Below, in pieces: positions 29,962-40,570 of a stretch of 64,000 nucleotides of DNA. The stretch spans positions 23,604 to 87,603 of the forward strand of contig JBAYXX010000003.1 of NCBI GenBank assembly GCA_041673345.1, given 5' to 3'. This DNA is from Kiritimatiellia bacterium (GTDB lineage: Bacteria; Verrucomicrobiota; Kiritimatiellia; RFP12; UBA1067). The stretch's first letter is position 1. Every line of letters begins with the position of its first letter. The notes beneath the pieces were generated by a model. That model was given only the letters and a program-made list of their open reading frames with translations. It was not told the origin of the DNA and searched no databases. The translations under genes were made by a program, and so were the position numbers.

Positions 29962-30790
29962 CCGTGGCTGTGACCGCGCGGCAAAGCGAGCCGCTTGCAA
30001 GAGCTGCTGTTCGGTGTCGCTCATAGAGCGACTACTACACACGCACTGCGCTTTGAAATGCAGGCTGGCTTGCAAGTCTTGCCGTTCGTGTAGTAGCCGC
30101 TCTACGAGCGGCATTGCGCTGCACTTTGAAATGCACGCCGGCTTGAAAGTCTTGATGATCGGTGTAGTAGACGCTCTATGAGCGGCATTGGTTGACGATA
30201 GCGGCGACGAGAGCGGATTAGGATTTCATCCCTCCTAATCATAATCTTAATCGTAATCCTAATCAAAATCGGTAGTTTTGGTCATGTGCAACTAGTGATG
30301 TTTAAATAGAAACCGTCAAGTTATAGGCAAGCCCGCCGCGCACCGCGGGTGCGAAAAAACGATGGGGTAACTCGACGGTCAAACGCATCGGAGTCGGGGT
30401 CGGGGTCGGAATCGGGGTCGACCTCGTACGCTTTTCGATACCGATACCGATACCGACCCCGACCCCGAGTTACAGGCACGAAACTGTGACAAAACCGTCA
30501 AGTTATAGGCAAGGGTAAACCCTGGGATCGCCGACGTCCTCGTCGGCCCTGCGGTTTTAACGCCTGCTCCTAATAAACTTGTGAAACCACAAGGAATTTA
30601 GCGCAGTCTAGCCGCCTGTCTTGCTACGCACAGGCAGGCAACCATTTTTTTTGACAGGATAACAGGATTGACAGGATTTACTTGATAAATTATCACTCAC
30701 AGAGTCGGAGAACACTGAGAGCAAAACATAGCCCTCTGCGAACTCTGCGACTCAGTGAGAGATAAGGAACGCGCCAGCCGAGTGATTGGC
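29962..30790. repeat. Composite repeat cluster: three module-D hairpins spaced about 72 bp apart (two full ~72-bp units), module C, (TAATC)n, 24-bp direct repeats flanking a (GGGGTC)n/(GGTATC)n palindrome, CCTGTCTTGC..GCAGGCAGG palindrome
   Basis: Module-D hairpins at 30016, 30101 and 30174. AAACCGTCAAGTTATAGGCAAG at 30311 and 30490 flanks palindrome 30388-30475. The translated ORF-track entries in this region are repeat artefacts. Confidence 0.8.
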
Positions 30791-30896
30791 AAGTTTTAAT
30801 CAGAAAACCCCGTTTTTTCAAACGCTCAAACCCTTAAACGCTCAAACCTTCAAACCACCAACCTTTTGTAATCTCCCAGTAAAGAAAGTGCCCACT

Positions 30897-31748
30897 ATGA
30901 TAAATGTCCTTTCATGCCAGCTCGACAACGCGTTGGTTGACCATCTCTTTGAGCTGGTTGATGCGTCGCTCTTCACCCCCACCTCATGTTACGATGTGGA
31001 GAGCAACAACTGTGCAATCGAAGTTTTCTTTGAAGATTTGAGTCAGGCGGATCAGATCAAAGCCGAGTTGACCAAGGCTGCCGCGCTGATGGATATTTCA
31101 TTAAAATTCACGCTCTCAACCATTGCGCAGAGCGACTGGGCCGAAAGCTGGAAGCGTTTCTTTCACGTGGAGCATATCTCAAAGCGGATCGTGATCCGCC
31201 CCTCTTGGGAGCACTACACCGCACAATCCGGCGAGTACGTGATTACGCTTGATCCCGGCATGAGCTTCGGCACCGGTAAACACGCCACCACCAAGGGCTG
31301 CCTGATACTGCTCGATCAGTTGGCAGCCGAGTGCGCGAAACGCGACTTTCTGGATATGGGCTGCGGCTCCGGCATACTCTCAATCGGAGCGTGTTTGCTT
31401 GGATTTCAGAGTGTACGCGGCTTTGACAACGACCCCGACTGTGTGCGGATCGCACAGGAAAATGCAGAGTTGAACGGTTTAGAGATCCCCTTTTATCTAT
31501 CCGATCTTGAGCAGTCACATCCTGCGGCCGCAGTTGTCACAGCCAATATTCTGGCCTCAATCCTGATTCAATTTGCCTCCACCATCGCCGCATCGGTAGC
31601 GCAGGGCAGTGGTAGCCGTCTAGTGCTCTCCGGAATCCTGGATACCCAGTATAACGGGGTGAAAGAGTGCTTTGAAAAACTGGGCTTTATTGAGTTGCGT
31701 AACACCTTGATTGAAGAGTGGCGCAGCGGAGTGTTTAGCCGCGCTTGA
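30897..31748 (+). CDS. prmA: Ribosomal protein L11 methyltransferase
   Basis: SAM motif FLDMGCGSGILSI. GFDNDPDCV. PrmA-like substrate domain. Confidence 0.8.
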   Translation: MINVLSCQLDNALVDHLFELVDASLFTPTSCYDVESNNCAIEVFFEDLSQADQIKAELTKAAALMDISLKFTLSTIAQSDWAESWKRFFHVEHISKRIVIRPSWEHYTAQSGEYVITLDPGMSFGTGKHATTKGCLILLDQLAAECAKRDFLDMGCGSGILSIGACLLGFQSVRGFDNDPDCVRIAQENAELNGLEIPFYLSDLEQSHPAAAVVTANILASILIQFASTIAASVAQGSGSRLVLSGILDTQYNGVKECFEKLGFIELRNTLIEEWRSGVFSRA

Positions 31749-31983
31749 GTGCCGAGCAGGCTGTAAGGAACGCGCCTGGCGAGTGATTGGCAGGTCGAAG
31801 CTGTAGGGTGCGGGCCGTGAAAAAACGATGGGTAACTCAACCAAGTAGTCGAAAAAGATAAGGATTAGGATTAGGATTAGGATTAAGATAAAGATGTGTC
31901 TCCATCCTAATCGCAATCTTAATCAAACATCGGTGATTTTTAGTTATACGTGATAAGTGCAGCAGAACTTGTAACTCTTGCCG

Positions 31984-33741
31984 CTACCGCAACAAAATCG
32001 CCCTTTCAACCGCGCCAGCAAGCGCGCCGCAGCCAGCTGCGTATAGGGCAGCCTTGGCAGGCTCCTGACTTTGTAATTGCAGCAGGGCGACTGCAAGATG
32101 CTCTTCAATGGTCACAGGTTTTTCAATCCAGTTCAATTTCTGCTCAGTACTGAGTGTTGAAATATCGAGATCAACTGAGCGGCCATTTGCCTCAAGTTGA
32201 ACCATGTAGCCTTTGACAGCGCGGGGAATGACTTTGCGGGGAACCCCTTTAAAGTTCATGACTAGCGGTTGATCAATTTTTTCAAGCAGGTGTTTTGCCA
32301 CCATTTGCTCTGAGCTTGGCACTCGTCGAAGCAATGCGATCAGTGCTGCTCTCTGGGGGTAGTTTTGGCTGTCGAGTGTTATGGCAGTGATGGCAGAGCC
32401 AATATCATTGGCGGCCAGAGTTGCAGCAATCATGTCCAGCACTGCGGACGGCAGGTTCATCTCATCTTGCCCTTCAGGCGTGTCGGGCAACTCGTTTAAA
32501 ACTTCGCTCTTTAGATCTGGAGCTGCCTTTGGCAGCTCTGGGCTTTGTTGTTTTTGCCTCAGTGGGATAAGCTTCTCGGCAGAGGAACTGAGCTCCTCGC
32601 CTTGCAGGCGCAGTTCTTGGCGACGAATTGGATCAATCTGCAGGACTGTTCGATACCAGAAAAGCGCGACAAACCACACCGCTAAAAGGGTACAGACCAG
32701 CAGTTGGGTCATGTTGCGCTGGCTTTTTTCATCTGCTTCATGGTGTTGAATTACGTGTTTGTCCTGCATACTGGAGAGGTATTGGTTACGCTTTTTTGGT
32801 TTGAGCTTAAAGGTGGGTGGTGGTATATCGCTCTGTGCTCGCTCGCTGAAATCCGCTTTGATGGTACTCAGATGCGTCAGGTCGGTACTGGCGCACACAG
32901 GCTCGCGCTGGTCGACGATGCAGTGCAGGTCGTGCTGGACCTCCTCCCAGTTTTGATAGCGGTGCTTCGGCTCCTTCATCATTAGCTTATGCAGTAACTG
33001 TGAAAAGAGCGGCGGCAGAACGGGATTCAGGTGGTGCGCTGGGGTGAGTTGCAGTGTAAGATGGGCACTTAAAATATCTGGAGCATTCTGCTCGGAGAAG
33101 GGAGCTTTGCCTGTCGCGGCATAGTAAAGCAGCGCGCCCAAGGCGTACATATCAGAGCTGGTGGAGATGGTTTCATCCCCACGGCTCTGCTCAGGCGAGA
33201 GAAAAGAGGGGGCACCCAGAACATGCCCTTTGTCAATCACTGAAACATCAAAGTCGGGTGCTGCGATTATGGCCAGCGAAAAATCAGTGATTTTCGCAAT
33301 TCCGCGCGCATCGAAACGGATGGTGGAGCCTTTGATATTTCTGTGAATGATATTGAAATGATTCCACAACTGTTTGAGAGCGCCGGCCACAGACAGCGCG
33401 ACTTGCAGCAGATGCTTGAAATCAAAGCTCCCGTCCTTTTGCAGCTTCTCATCAATCGATTCTCCCTCCACGTGCTCCACCACTGCATAGTGCAGACCAT
33501 CAGCACTGACAATGTCAAAAACAGCAGCCAGAGACTCACTCTTTAGTTTTGCAAAGTGCTGCGCAATTTGAAGGAAATATTGGGCTTCAAGCGGATTTAC
33601 CGCAGACTCCTCATTCAAGATCACGAGCAAGACCGTGCGATCAAGCATTGTCTGAACCGCGCGCCAGAGACAAACCCGGCTGGTTTCCTCAACCAGGTCG
33701 AGCAATTTGAATCCATGTTGTTCGATACGCTCTATATTCAC
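31984..33741 (-). CDS. Ser/Thr protein-kinase-like protein, predicted catalytically inactive (pseudokinase), with TM segment and C-terminal domain
   Basis: Kinase fold. HRD is HRN (IIHRNIKGSTI). DFG is DFS. No Gly-loop glycines and no VAIK lysine. SPE retained. Confidence 0.7.
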   Translation of the reverse strand: MNIERIEQHGFKLLDLVEETSRVCLWRAVQTMLDRTVLLVILNEESAVNPLEAQYFLQIAQHFAKLKSESLAAVFDIVSADGLHYAVVEHVEGESIDEKLQKDGSFDFKHLLQVALSVAGALKQLWNHFNIIHRNIKGSTIRFDARGIAKITDFSLAIIAAPDFDVSVIDKGHVLGAPSFLSPEQSRGDETISTSSDMYALGALLYYAATGKAPFSEQNAPDILSAHLTLQLTPAHHLNPVLPPLFSQLLHKLMMKEPKHRYQNWEEVQHDLHCIVDQREPVCASTDLTHLSTIKADFSERAQSDIPPPTFKLKPKKRNQYLSSMQDKHVIQHHEADEKSQRNMTQLLVCTLLAVWFVALFWYRTVLQIDPIRRQELRLQGEELSSSAEKLIPLRQKQQSPELPKAAPDLKSEVLNELPDTPEGQDEMNLPSAVLDMIAATLAANDIGSAITAITLDSQNYPQRAALIALLRRVPSSEQMVAKHLLEKIDQPLVMNFKGVPRKVIPRAVKGYMVQLEANGRSVDLDISTLSTEQKLNWIEKPVTIEEHLAVALLQLQSQEPAKAALYAAGCGALAGAVERAILLR

Positions 33742-33769
33742 AGCTACTCTTTTTTCGTGTTGCGGCTGC

Positions 33770-34276
33770 TTAATGCAAGTCGGTGTTAACTCTTTGGTTG
33801 CCCTGCACGACTTTTTCTTTTAACTCTTTTTTATAGTCATGAAATTTCGTACGCAACCTTGGGTTGGCTGAGCCGAGAATCTGAACCGCGAAGAGAGCTG
33901 CGTTAACTGGCCCGGCACTGCCTAAAGTCACCGTTGCGACTGGAATGCCCGCTGGCATTTGAACCGTTGCGTACAGCGAGTCCAGCCCATTGAGCGCGCC
34001 TCCAGGAATGGGAATACCAACCACTGGCAGGACAGTGTGCGCTGCCAGCACACCACCAAGATGGGCCGCTCCGCCCGCCGCGGCAAGGATGACCTGCAGC
34101 CCTCGCTCTTCTGCTGTGAGCGCATACTGCGTCGCCAATTCAGGAGTTCGGTGCGCAGAGATCACGCGCACTTCAAAGTCTACATCAAATTTTTGTAAGA
34201 TTTCGACAGCTGTTTTGACCAGTGGCCAATCTGAATCGCTGCCCATCACAATACCTACCAGTGGTTTATTTAACAT
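33770..34276 (-). CDS. purE: N5-carboxyaminoimidazole ribonucleotide mutase
   Basis: VGIVMGSDSDWPLV...AAGGAAHLGGVLA... is the PurE signature. Confidence 0.9.
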   Translation of the reverse strand: MLNKPLVGIVMGSDSDWPLVKTAVEILQKFDVDFEVRVISAHRTPELATQYALTAEERGLQVILAAAGGAAHLGGVLAAHTVLPVVGIPIPGGALNGLDSLYATVQMPAGIPVATVTLGSAGPVNAALFAVQILGSANPRLRTKFHDYKKELKEKVVQGNQRVNTDLH

Positions 34277-34295
34277 CTCAGCTCCTTTTATCTGA

Positions 34296-35567
34296 TTATC
34301 GGTTCAAGGCGCGGGCGGCAATATCAGTGCGATAGTGCGCCCCTTCAAAAAAGATTTTAGACACAGCTTGATAAGCGCGCTCCACAGCCTGCTTAAGATC
34401 TTCTCCAATGGCTGTGACTGCAAGCACACGGCCACCGTCGGTCACAACTGCTCCAGCCTCAACTCTTGTTCCAGCATGAAAGACAACACACTCGTCCAGC
34501 GCATTGGCCTCCTCGATACCTGTGATAAGAATGCCTTTGGAGTAGCAGCCAGGGTAGCCACCAGATGCCATGACAACCGTCACAGCGGCATTGTCACGCA
34601 CGGTGATGTGATCGTCGCGCAGTGTTCCGTCAATACACGCCTCCAGCGCTGGAATAATGTCACCGACGATACGCGGCAGAATCGCCTCAGTCTCAGGGTC
34701 GCCAAAGCGGGTGTTAAACTCCAGCACCTTGATCCCCTCTTTTGAGATCATCAAGCCAGCGTAAAGTACCCCTTTATAGGGGCAACCGCACCTTTTCATC
34801 TCGCGCACAATCGGCATAATGACCTGCTTTTTGATCAGCGGGAGCAGAGCATCAGTCACCACTGGTGCCGGTGTGTAGGCACCCATGCCGCCCGTGTTAG
34901 GCCCTTCGTCGTTATTGCGGACGCATTTGTGATCCTGTGAAGAGGGAAGAATGACCGCGTGCTCACCATCAACCAGCGCTAGAATGGAGGCCTCCTCACC
35001 AATCAGAAACTCCTCAATCAGAACCTTTGCACCAGCCTTACCGAAAATAGAGTCGACTAGCATGGCTTGAATTGCCTCAACCGCCTTTACTTTGGTGGTT
35101 GCAATAATAACTCCTTTGCCAGCGGCCAGTCCGTCAGCCTTGATGACCACCGGAAGTCCGAAAGAGTCGAGTGCGGCGATGGCTCGGGCAGGATCACGAA
35201 AAGAGAGTGATTTCGCTGTCGGTACGCCAGCCGCCATCATGATCTCTTTTGAGAATGTTTTACTTCCTTCAAGTCTGGCTGAGGCACAGCAGGGACCAAA
35301 AACCCGCAGCCCCGCAGCTTCAAAAAGATCTGTGACTCCCATACAAAGGGGCACTTCCGGTCCGACAATCGTCAGATCAGGCTTGTTGCAGACCGCCCAC
35401 TCCTGTAATTGAACCAGATCGTCTGCAGCGATCGGAAGGTTGGTCGCAATTGTCTCGGTGCCGGCATTTCCCGGTGCGCAGTAAATATCAGGACTGCAAG
35501 AATCCTTTGAGACTTTCCAGGCAATGGCGTGCTCGCGCCCACCGCCTCCAATGATGAGAATTTTCAT
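34296..35567 (-). CDS. purD: Phosphoribosylamine--glycine ligase
   Basis: MKILIIGGGGREHAIAWK.., ATP-grasp motifs. Confidence 0.9.
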   Translation of the reverse strand: MKILIIGGGGREHAIAWKVSKDSCSPDIYCAPGNAGTETIATNLPIAADDLVQLQEWAVCNKPDLTIVGPEVPLCMGVTDLFEAAGLRVFGPCCASARLEGSKTFSKEIMMAAGVPTAKSLSFRDPARAIAALDSFGLPVVIKADGLAAGKGVIIATTKVKAVEAIQAMLVDSIFGKAGAKVLIEEFLIGEEASILALVDGEHAVILPSSQDHKCVRNNDEGPNTGGMGAYTPAPVVTDALLPLIKKQVIMPIVREMKRCGCPYKGVLYAGLMISKEGIKVLEFNTRFGDPETEAILPRIVGDIIPALEACIDGTLRDDHITVRDNAAVTVVMASGGYPGCYSKGILITGIEEANALDECVVFHAGTRVEAGAVVTDGGRVLAVTAIGEDLKQAVERAYQAVSKIFFEGAHYRTDIAARALNR

Positions 35568-35740
35568 GCCTGATAAGATACGCTATGTTGGCGGATTATT
35601 CAAGGGTTTTGGTGTGAAAATTCTCAAATTTAACTAGCTGTTCCATATAATTCTACTATACGCATCTGCGGATATCTGATATGTTTATCTTAATTCCTGA
35701 ATTAGTTCACGAGTCAGCTTTAATCTTGGAGGATAAGGTG

Positions 35741-36955
35741 ATGATCATAAAGAAAACAAATGTTGTGTTATCAGCAATGATGATTGGGGTTGTGACCGTC
35801 GCTTTGGGTGTCACGGTTAAAATACCCGATACATATGACCAAGCGGTTACCAATGATTTTGTTGTTGCTAGCGGCACACAGCTCTCGACCAATGGCGTTC
35901 TGGTAGTTTTCGAAGGAGAGCTCTTTTTAGAGACAAACTTAACTGCAGTTGTTGATGGGCAGGGACGAAAACTGGCCTCAGCGCAGATGTATGTGCAGAT
36001 GAAACTCTTTGACGCACTGCCTGACGCGGATGCTTTCACAAATGCGCAGGCCGCAGTGCTGGCAGTGTTTAACGCGAGTTCTCCTACAGAGGGCACATTG
36101 TACGCTTTAAGCGGTTCAAATCCCTCCAGCTGGCAGCAGTTGCTCAATACCAATAACTCAGCTCCGATCGCGGTTTCGCAGGGTGCGACGAATCTAATCA
36201 CCTTTGTTCTCCGATACCCGGGTGTCGGGTATACAAATTATGAATACACAGTGAATCTTTCAACGCCGGACGCTCCTACGCAGACAGCCTCTCAGGTTTT
36301 CACCTCTCCTGTTTCAACCAAAACTGGGATCACGAAATTGAGGATGGTTGGCGAGGGGGCACTGGCCTCGGTCACAAGTATCGCCGGTGACCCGTCTCCA
36401 CTCTCAACATCGGTGGATTTTTCAGTTTACCAGAGTGCGGATGGTCAGTTCCTCGTGGATATCTATACAGTGGATGAAAACGGAACTGATGATTTGACGG
36501 TTGATGTTTGGATTGACGGTAAATGGACTTTAATCGGGACGGCCAAGGCCGTTGGAAATGGCTGCCACCACTACCAGTTTACCGTCAGCGGACTGATCGT
36601 TGGCGAATCTTATTATTTTAGAGTGATTGATGAGGAGGGCCGTAAGCATCTTTCAAACAGTGCGATTGAAGTTAAGTCCATTGTGATGAATGCAGTCCGG
36701 CTGGAACTCGAGACCTTTGTGATTATCTTTAACTCTGAGGACAACAGGCCCTACAAACTCTTGATCGCATCGGATGTAGCCGCTCCGATTAAAGAGTGGA
36801 CAGCAGTAAACGTTCAGGTCTATGTCGATAATAAATGGAGTGTGCCCAGGGACACATTTCAAGGTGTCGATGGCGGCCGAACCCAAATTCGTGTTCCCAA
36901 AAACGGCAAAAAAGCGTTTTTTAAAGTTATTCTGATCAATGAGACAACCGAATAG
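35741..36955 (+). CDS. Hypothetical secreted/membrane-anchored protein
   Basis: N-terminal hydrophobic anchor. No recognisable domain. Strong terminator follows. Confidence 0.45.
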   Translation: MIIKKTNVVLSAMMIGVVTVALGVTVKIPDTYDQAVTNDFVVASGTQLSTNGVLVVFEGELFLETNLTAVVDGQGRKLASAQMYVQMKLFDALPDADAFTNAQAAVLAVFNASSPTEGTLYALSGSNPSSWQQLLNTNNSAPIAVSQGATNLITFVLRYPGVGYTNYEYTVNLSTPDAPTQTASQVFTSPVSTKTGITKLRMVGEGALASVTSIAGDPSPLSTSVDFSVYQSADGQFLVDIYTVDENGTDDLTVDVWIDGKWTLIGTAKAVGNGCHHYQFTVSGLIVGESYYFRVIDEEGRKHLSNSAIEVKSIVMNAVRLELETFVIIFNSEDNRPYKLLIASDVAAPIKEWTAVNVQVYVDNKWSVPRDTFQGVDGGRTQIRVPKNGKKAFFKVILINETTE

Positions 36956-36992
36956 CCCTCTATTCGGCAGGCCGTCGGGTTTTTCTTTTACC

Positions 36993-37026
36993 AAAAAAGC
37001 CCCGTGTTGCTGTGGGGCTTTTTTGT
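36993..37026 (+). terminator. Rho-independent terminator
   Basis: AAAAAAGCCCCGTGTTGCTGTGGGGCTTTTTTG: GC stem with T-run. Confidence 0.65.
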
Positions 37027-37096
37027 TCTCTGAATTTAATTTTCAGCAAAGATTTGAAAGCGCAAGCTCTCTTTCAAGCCGTTGGAGGGATGTGAT

Positions 37097-37702
37097 ATGG
37101 GTGCGATGATTTCGTTTGTTGTTAAGACTTGGCTCAAAATATTATTTATCTTTACGCCGTTTCTTGTGCTCTCGATTTTTCTGGGGATTACGCGCGATTA
37201 CGATAGGAGTCGTCGTCGGGCGTTCGCTCTGCGTACTATCAGTGCCATAACAGTCATCTGCCTGGTGGTTTATTTTTTTGGCTCAATGATATTTTCGTTA
37301 TTCGGGATCACATTGGATGCCTTTCGGATCGGGGCGGGAGCACTGCTGTTTTTATCAGCGATTAATTTGGTGCAGGGCAATGTGCCTGTGACACCCAGCG
37401 GGGAGGAAGATCTGGCGGTGGTGCCTCTTGCCATGCCGATCACCGTAGGACCAGCGGTGATGGGCGTACTTTTTGTTATAGGCGCGGATGTCATCAGCTT
37501 TGAGCAGCGCATGGCCGGGGCTGTGGCGGTGGGTCTGGCAGTTGCCTCTATGAGCGGTCTGCTTTTGGTGGCGACGACGATTGAGAGGTTGGTGGGAAAA
37601 TCTCAGCTTACGATTCTTAGCAAAATCACCGGCTTGATTTTGGCGGCGTTGTCAGCGCAGATGATTGTCACTGGCATTAAAAATTTTTTGGTGGCGGAGT
37701 GA
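37097..37702 (+). CDS. MarC-family (UPF0056) integral membrane protein
   Basis: Six TM helices. MarC family pattern. GGAGGG SD 7 nt upstream of ATG 37097. Confidence 0.75.
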   Translation: MGAMISFVVKTWLKILFIFTPFLVLSIFLGITRDYDRSRRRAFALRTISAITVICLVVYFFGSMIFSLFGITLDAFRIGAGALLFLSAINLVQGNVPVTPSGEEDLAVVPLAMPITVGPAVMGVLFVIGADVISFEQRMAGAVAVGLAVASMSGLLLVATTIERLVGKSQLTILSKITGLILAALSAQMIVTGIKNFLVAE

Positions 37703-37704
37703 AG

Positions 37705-38300
37705 AAGCTCTAAAGTGAAAAGGTCGCGTCTCTGGCGCGGAAGCAACGTAGGTCCGGTTTTCAACCGGACATATCCGATTGGAAACCGGACCTACTGGAG
37801 TTTGGCTTCGCCTTCGGTTTACGATAACGGCGGCGATGCTGGTGAACGAGCCCCCGCATGACCCCAATCGTCCACCAACATCGCTTGCCACGCCGAACGA
37901 CTGGAAGGCGGGTCGTACAGCATCGTCAACCAGCATCGGGTGTAGTAGCCGCTCTATGAGCGGCATGTGTCGCTCATAGAGCGACTACTACACCAAACTC
38001 CTATAAACGTTCGATAGACAATTTTTTGCAAAGAACAACTAATTGTTTTTCTAGTCGCCTAAGCGACTAGGCTTGATCTGAGACTCTGCTCAAATCAAGT
38101 GGCTCCGCGTTGCGGAGCAACAGAAGTCAGAATTCAGGAGTCAGAGTTCACGCGGCTGCATCGCGAAAAAACGGTGGGTAACTGCGACAAAATGGCAGGA
38201 AAAAATGAAGATTGTGATTAAGATTGGGATTAGGATTGACCCACCGACAACATGTTTGTAAGGACCAACATGTTTGTCCTGCCCTTTGGTAAGGGCCTAG
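37705..38300. repeat. Composite repeat cluster (modules A, C, B, inverted module-D pair, module E, H-like, (GATTA)n)
   Basis: 37748-37795 is a module A double hairpin. 37939-37994 is a 56-bp module-D palindrome. 38005-38070 is the reverse complement of 19921-19990. ORF-track entry 37652..37966 is repeat translation. Confidence 0.8.
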
Positions 38301-39391
38301 TGTCGGGCAGCGTAGTGCGGGGAGTCGCCGCGCTGGTTCCAGTTCACGGTTTCACCGATTTTTTCAAGGCGGCGAGCTAGACAAAATCGGCACTGTTCTG
38401 AATTCTCGTCGAGACAAGGCTTGTTCTCATAGAGTTGGTAGCTGCGCCGATATTCGGTGTCGGTGATGTTTGGCATCACGATATTGGCCCCAGCGAGGAT
38501 CCCCTGCTCGCGCCCATCATCCGCCAGTGCCTGCAGCGCGGTGGTGGCGGCGATGTTTACGTTCTGCAGATAAAGGCGTGTGGCTGAAATCATGTTCAAT
38601 CCGATGCGCAGGTGATCTGCGGCATAGTGGGGCGTGAACTCGATCTCTCTGCCGAGAGGTGTATCGTGGTGTGGAATGTAGGGTCCCATGCCGATCATGT
38701 CGAGGTCAATGTCGTGAAAGAATAGGATGTCGTTGGCTAGGTCGTCGTATGTCTGACCCGGCAGCCCGCTCATGACACCGCTGCCGACTTGATAGTCGTA
38801 TTTGCGCAGAAGCCGCAGGCAGCTCACGCGCCTTTCAAAGTTATGGTCAACAGGATGGAGCTTGGCGTAGAGTGTCGGGTTCGAGGTTTCGATACGCAAC
38901 AGGTAGCGATGCGCACCGGCGGTGCGCCAGCGCGCATACGTTTCCGCGGATTGCTCACCAAGGGAGAGCGTGATACCGAGCTTGCCATCCGACATCTCCG
39001 TGATGCGCCGCAGCACTTTTTCGATGAAAGCTGTGTGTGCATCCGATTCGATTTCGCCGGACTGCAACACGAGTGAGCCGTACTCCATATCGAGGTTGCG
39101 CTTGACGCAGCGTAAGATTGATTCTTCTTCGAGCTGAAAACGTTCAATCTGGGTGTTGCCTTTGCGGATACCGCAGTAGAAGCAGTCCTTGGAACAGACA
39201 TTGCCCATCTCGATAATGCCACGGAAGCTGACGACCTTGCCTGAATAACGAAGTTTCACTTCGTAGGCAGCTGCGTGCAACTGCCGCAGCTCTTCGGGAT
39301 CGGTTAAAGAGAGTAGAAAGGCGATCTCCCCGTGCGTCAGGGCGTGGTGTGCAGCTTTGGCTTGTTCAAGGATGGTTTCAAGCGAGGTCAT
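38297..39391 (-). CDS. Radical SAM enzyme of the HydE/BioB/PylB family (HydE-like)
   Basis: CSKDCFYCGIRKGN radical-SAM cluster motif within the GIIEMGNVC.. context typical of HydE. TIM-barrel length about 360 aa. Confidence 0.55.
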   Translation of the reverse strand: MTSLETILEQAKAAHHALTHGEIAFLLSLTDPEELRQLHAAAYEVKLRYSGKVVSFRGIIEMGNVCSKDCFYCGIRKGNTQIERFQLEEESILRCVKRNLDMEYGSLVLQSGEIESDAHTAFIEKVLRRITEMSDGKLGITLSLGEQSAETYARWRTAGAHRYLLRIETSNPTLYAKLHPVDHNFERRVSCLRLLRKYDYQVGSGVMSGLPGQTYDDLANDILFFHDIDLDMIGMGPYIPHHDTPLGREIEFTPHYAADHLRIGLNMISATRLYLQNVNIAATTALQALADDGREQGILAGANIVMPNITDTEYRRSYQLYENKPCLDENSEQCRFCLARRLEKIGETVNWNQRGDSPHYAARH

Positions 39392-40455
39392 TTGGCGCTC
39401 CTGATAATGCCGCCGCCGAGGACGACATCGCCCTGGAAAAAGACGGCGGACTGGCCTGGCGCGACGCCGGCGATTCCTGAATCAAAACGCGCCTCATAAT
39501 ATCCTTCCCCGAGGGGGCGAACCATGGCGCCCACAATTGGCTGTCCTGCGGATCGCACCTTGATTTGGATATTCAAGGCTGTTTCCGGAGGCGGGATCGA
39601 GATCCAGTTGCAGGAGTCGGCGACGAGGGTGTGTCCGATGGTTTTTTCCACGCTTCCAACCACAACCTCGTTTTGGCAGGCGTTGAGCTCGACAACGTAG
39701 AGCGGAAGGGGGTTGGAGATACCAAGCCCTTTGCGCTGGCCGATGGTGTACTTCCAAAAGCCGTTATGTTTGCCAAGGACTTTGCCGAACTCGTCCACGA
39801 TGTTGCCGGGGCGGTCGGGCTCGCCGATGAGTTCGGCGCGGTCGCCGCTATAGAAGTCTTGGCTATCCGGTTTATCGGCGGCATCGAGATTGTTTTGTCT
39901 GGCGATTTGGCGCACCTCTTCTTTGGTCAGATTGCCCAGAGGGAAGAGATGGCGCGCCAGTTGCTCCTGCGCGAGGCGATAGAGGAAGTAGGATTGGTCC
40001 TTAAACAAGTCGACGGCGCGCAGCAGGCGGAAACGCCCGTCTTGGGCATCTGTGCGGGCGTAGTGGCCTGTGGCGAAGTGCTCAAAGTCGATTCCTGCGG
40101 CCGTGGCCATGGCAGGCAGAAGGCCAAACTTCATCATGGCATTACAGCGTACGCAGGGATTCGGGGTGCGGCCGGACATGTATTCGTCACGGAAGTGGGA
40201 GACGATCAGATCATCGTACTGCTCTGAGCAGTCAAAGGCGCGGTAAGGGATGTTGATGCGGGCGCAGAGTGCCTCTGCAGCGGCGACATCTTCGTCTTCG
40301 CCAGCACTGAAGCAAGCATCGCGGTCGCCGCCGGCGTATTTACCGGGACACCATATTTTCATGGTCACGCCTGTGACTTCATGCCCCTCGTTTTTGAGAA
40401 GCAGTGCTGCGACCGAGGAATCGACACCGCCGCTGAGACCGATTATGACTTTCAT
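39388..40455 (-). CDS. mnmA: tRNA-specific 2-thiouridylase
   Basis: PP-loop MKVIIGLSGGVDSSV. Catalytic Cys region. C-terminal beta-barrel. Confidence 0.85.
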   Translation of the reverse strand: MKVIIGLSGGVDSSVAALLLKNEGHEVTGVTMKIWCPGKYAGGDRDACFSAGEDEDVAAAEALCARINIPYRAFDCSEQYDDLIVSHFRDEYMSGRTPNPCVRCNAMMKFGLLPAMATAAGIDFEHFATGHYARTDAQDGRFRLLRAVDLFKDQSYFLYRLAQEQLARHLFPLGNLTKEEVRQIARQNNLDAADKPDSQDFYSGDRAELIGEPDRPGNIVDEFGKVLGKHNGFWKYTIGQRKGLGISNPLPLYVVELNACQNEVVVGSVEKTIGHTLVADSCNWISIPPPETALNIQIKVRSAGQPIVGAMVRPLGEGYYEARFDSGIAGVAPGQSAVFFQGDVVLGGGIIRSAK

Positions 40456-40570
40456 GGTAGGAGCGACACAGTATAAAGTGACTGTGACGTAAAGTTCAAG
40501 GAGTTTTTCTGTCTGATCCAAACACTTTACAGTCGCTCAGTGATTGAAACTTAAAAAACAAGTGGTGCGG

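Noticed and set aside
37652-37966. ORF-track proteins 37652..37966(-), 46253..46543(+), 29902..30114(-) sharing 'RPAFQSFGVASDVGGRLGSCGGS' / 'PLIERLLH' strings
   Set aside because: They are translations of the shared repeat modules (B/C/D) in different clusters, not a conserved protein family.
38789-39222. ORFs 38789..39076(+), 38824..39222(-), 38922..39137(+) inside the radical-SAM gene
   Set aside because: Alternative frames of an Arg/Ala-rich GC region. The sense ORF carries the CxxxCxxC motif.
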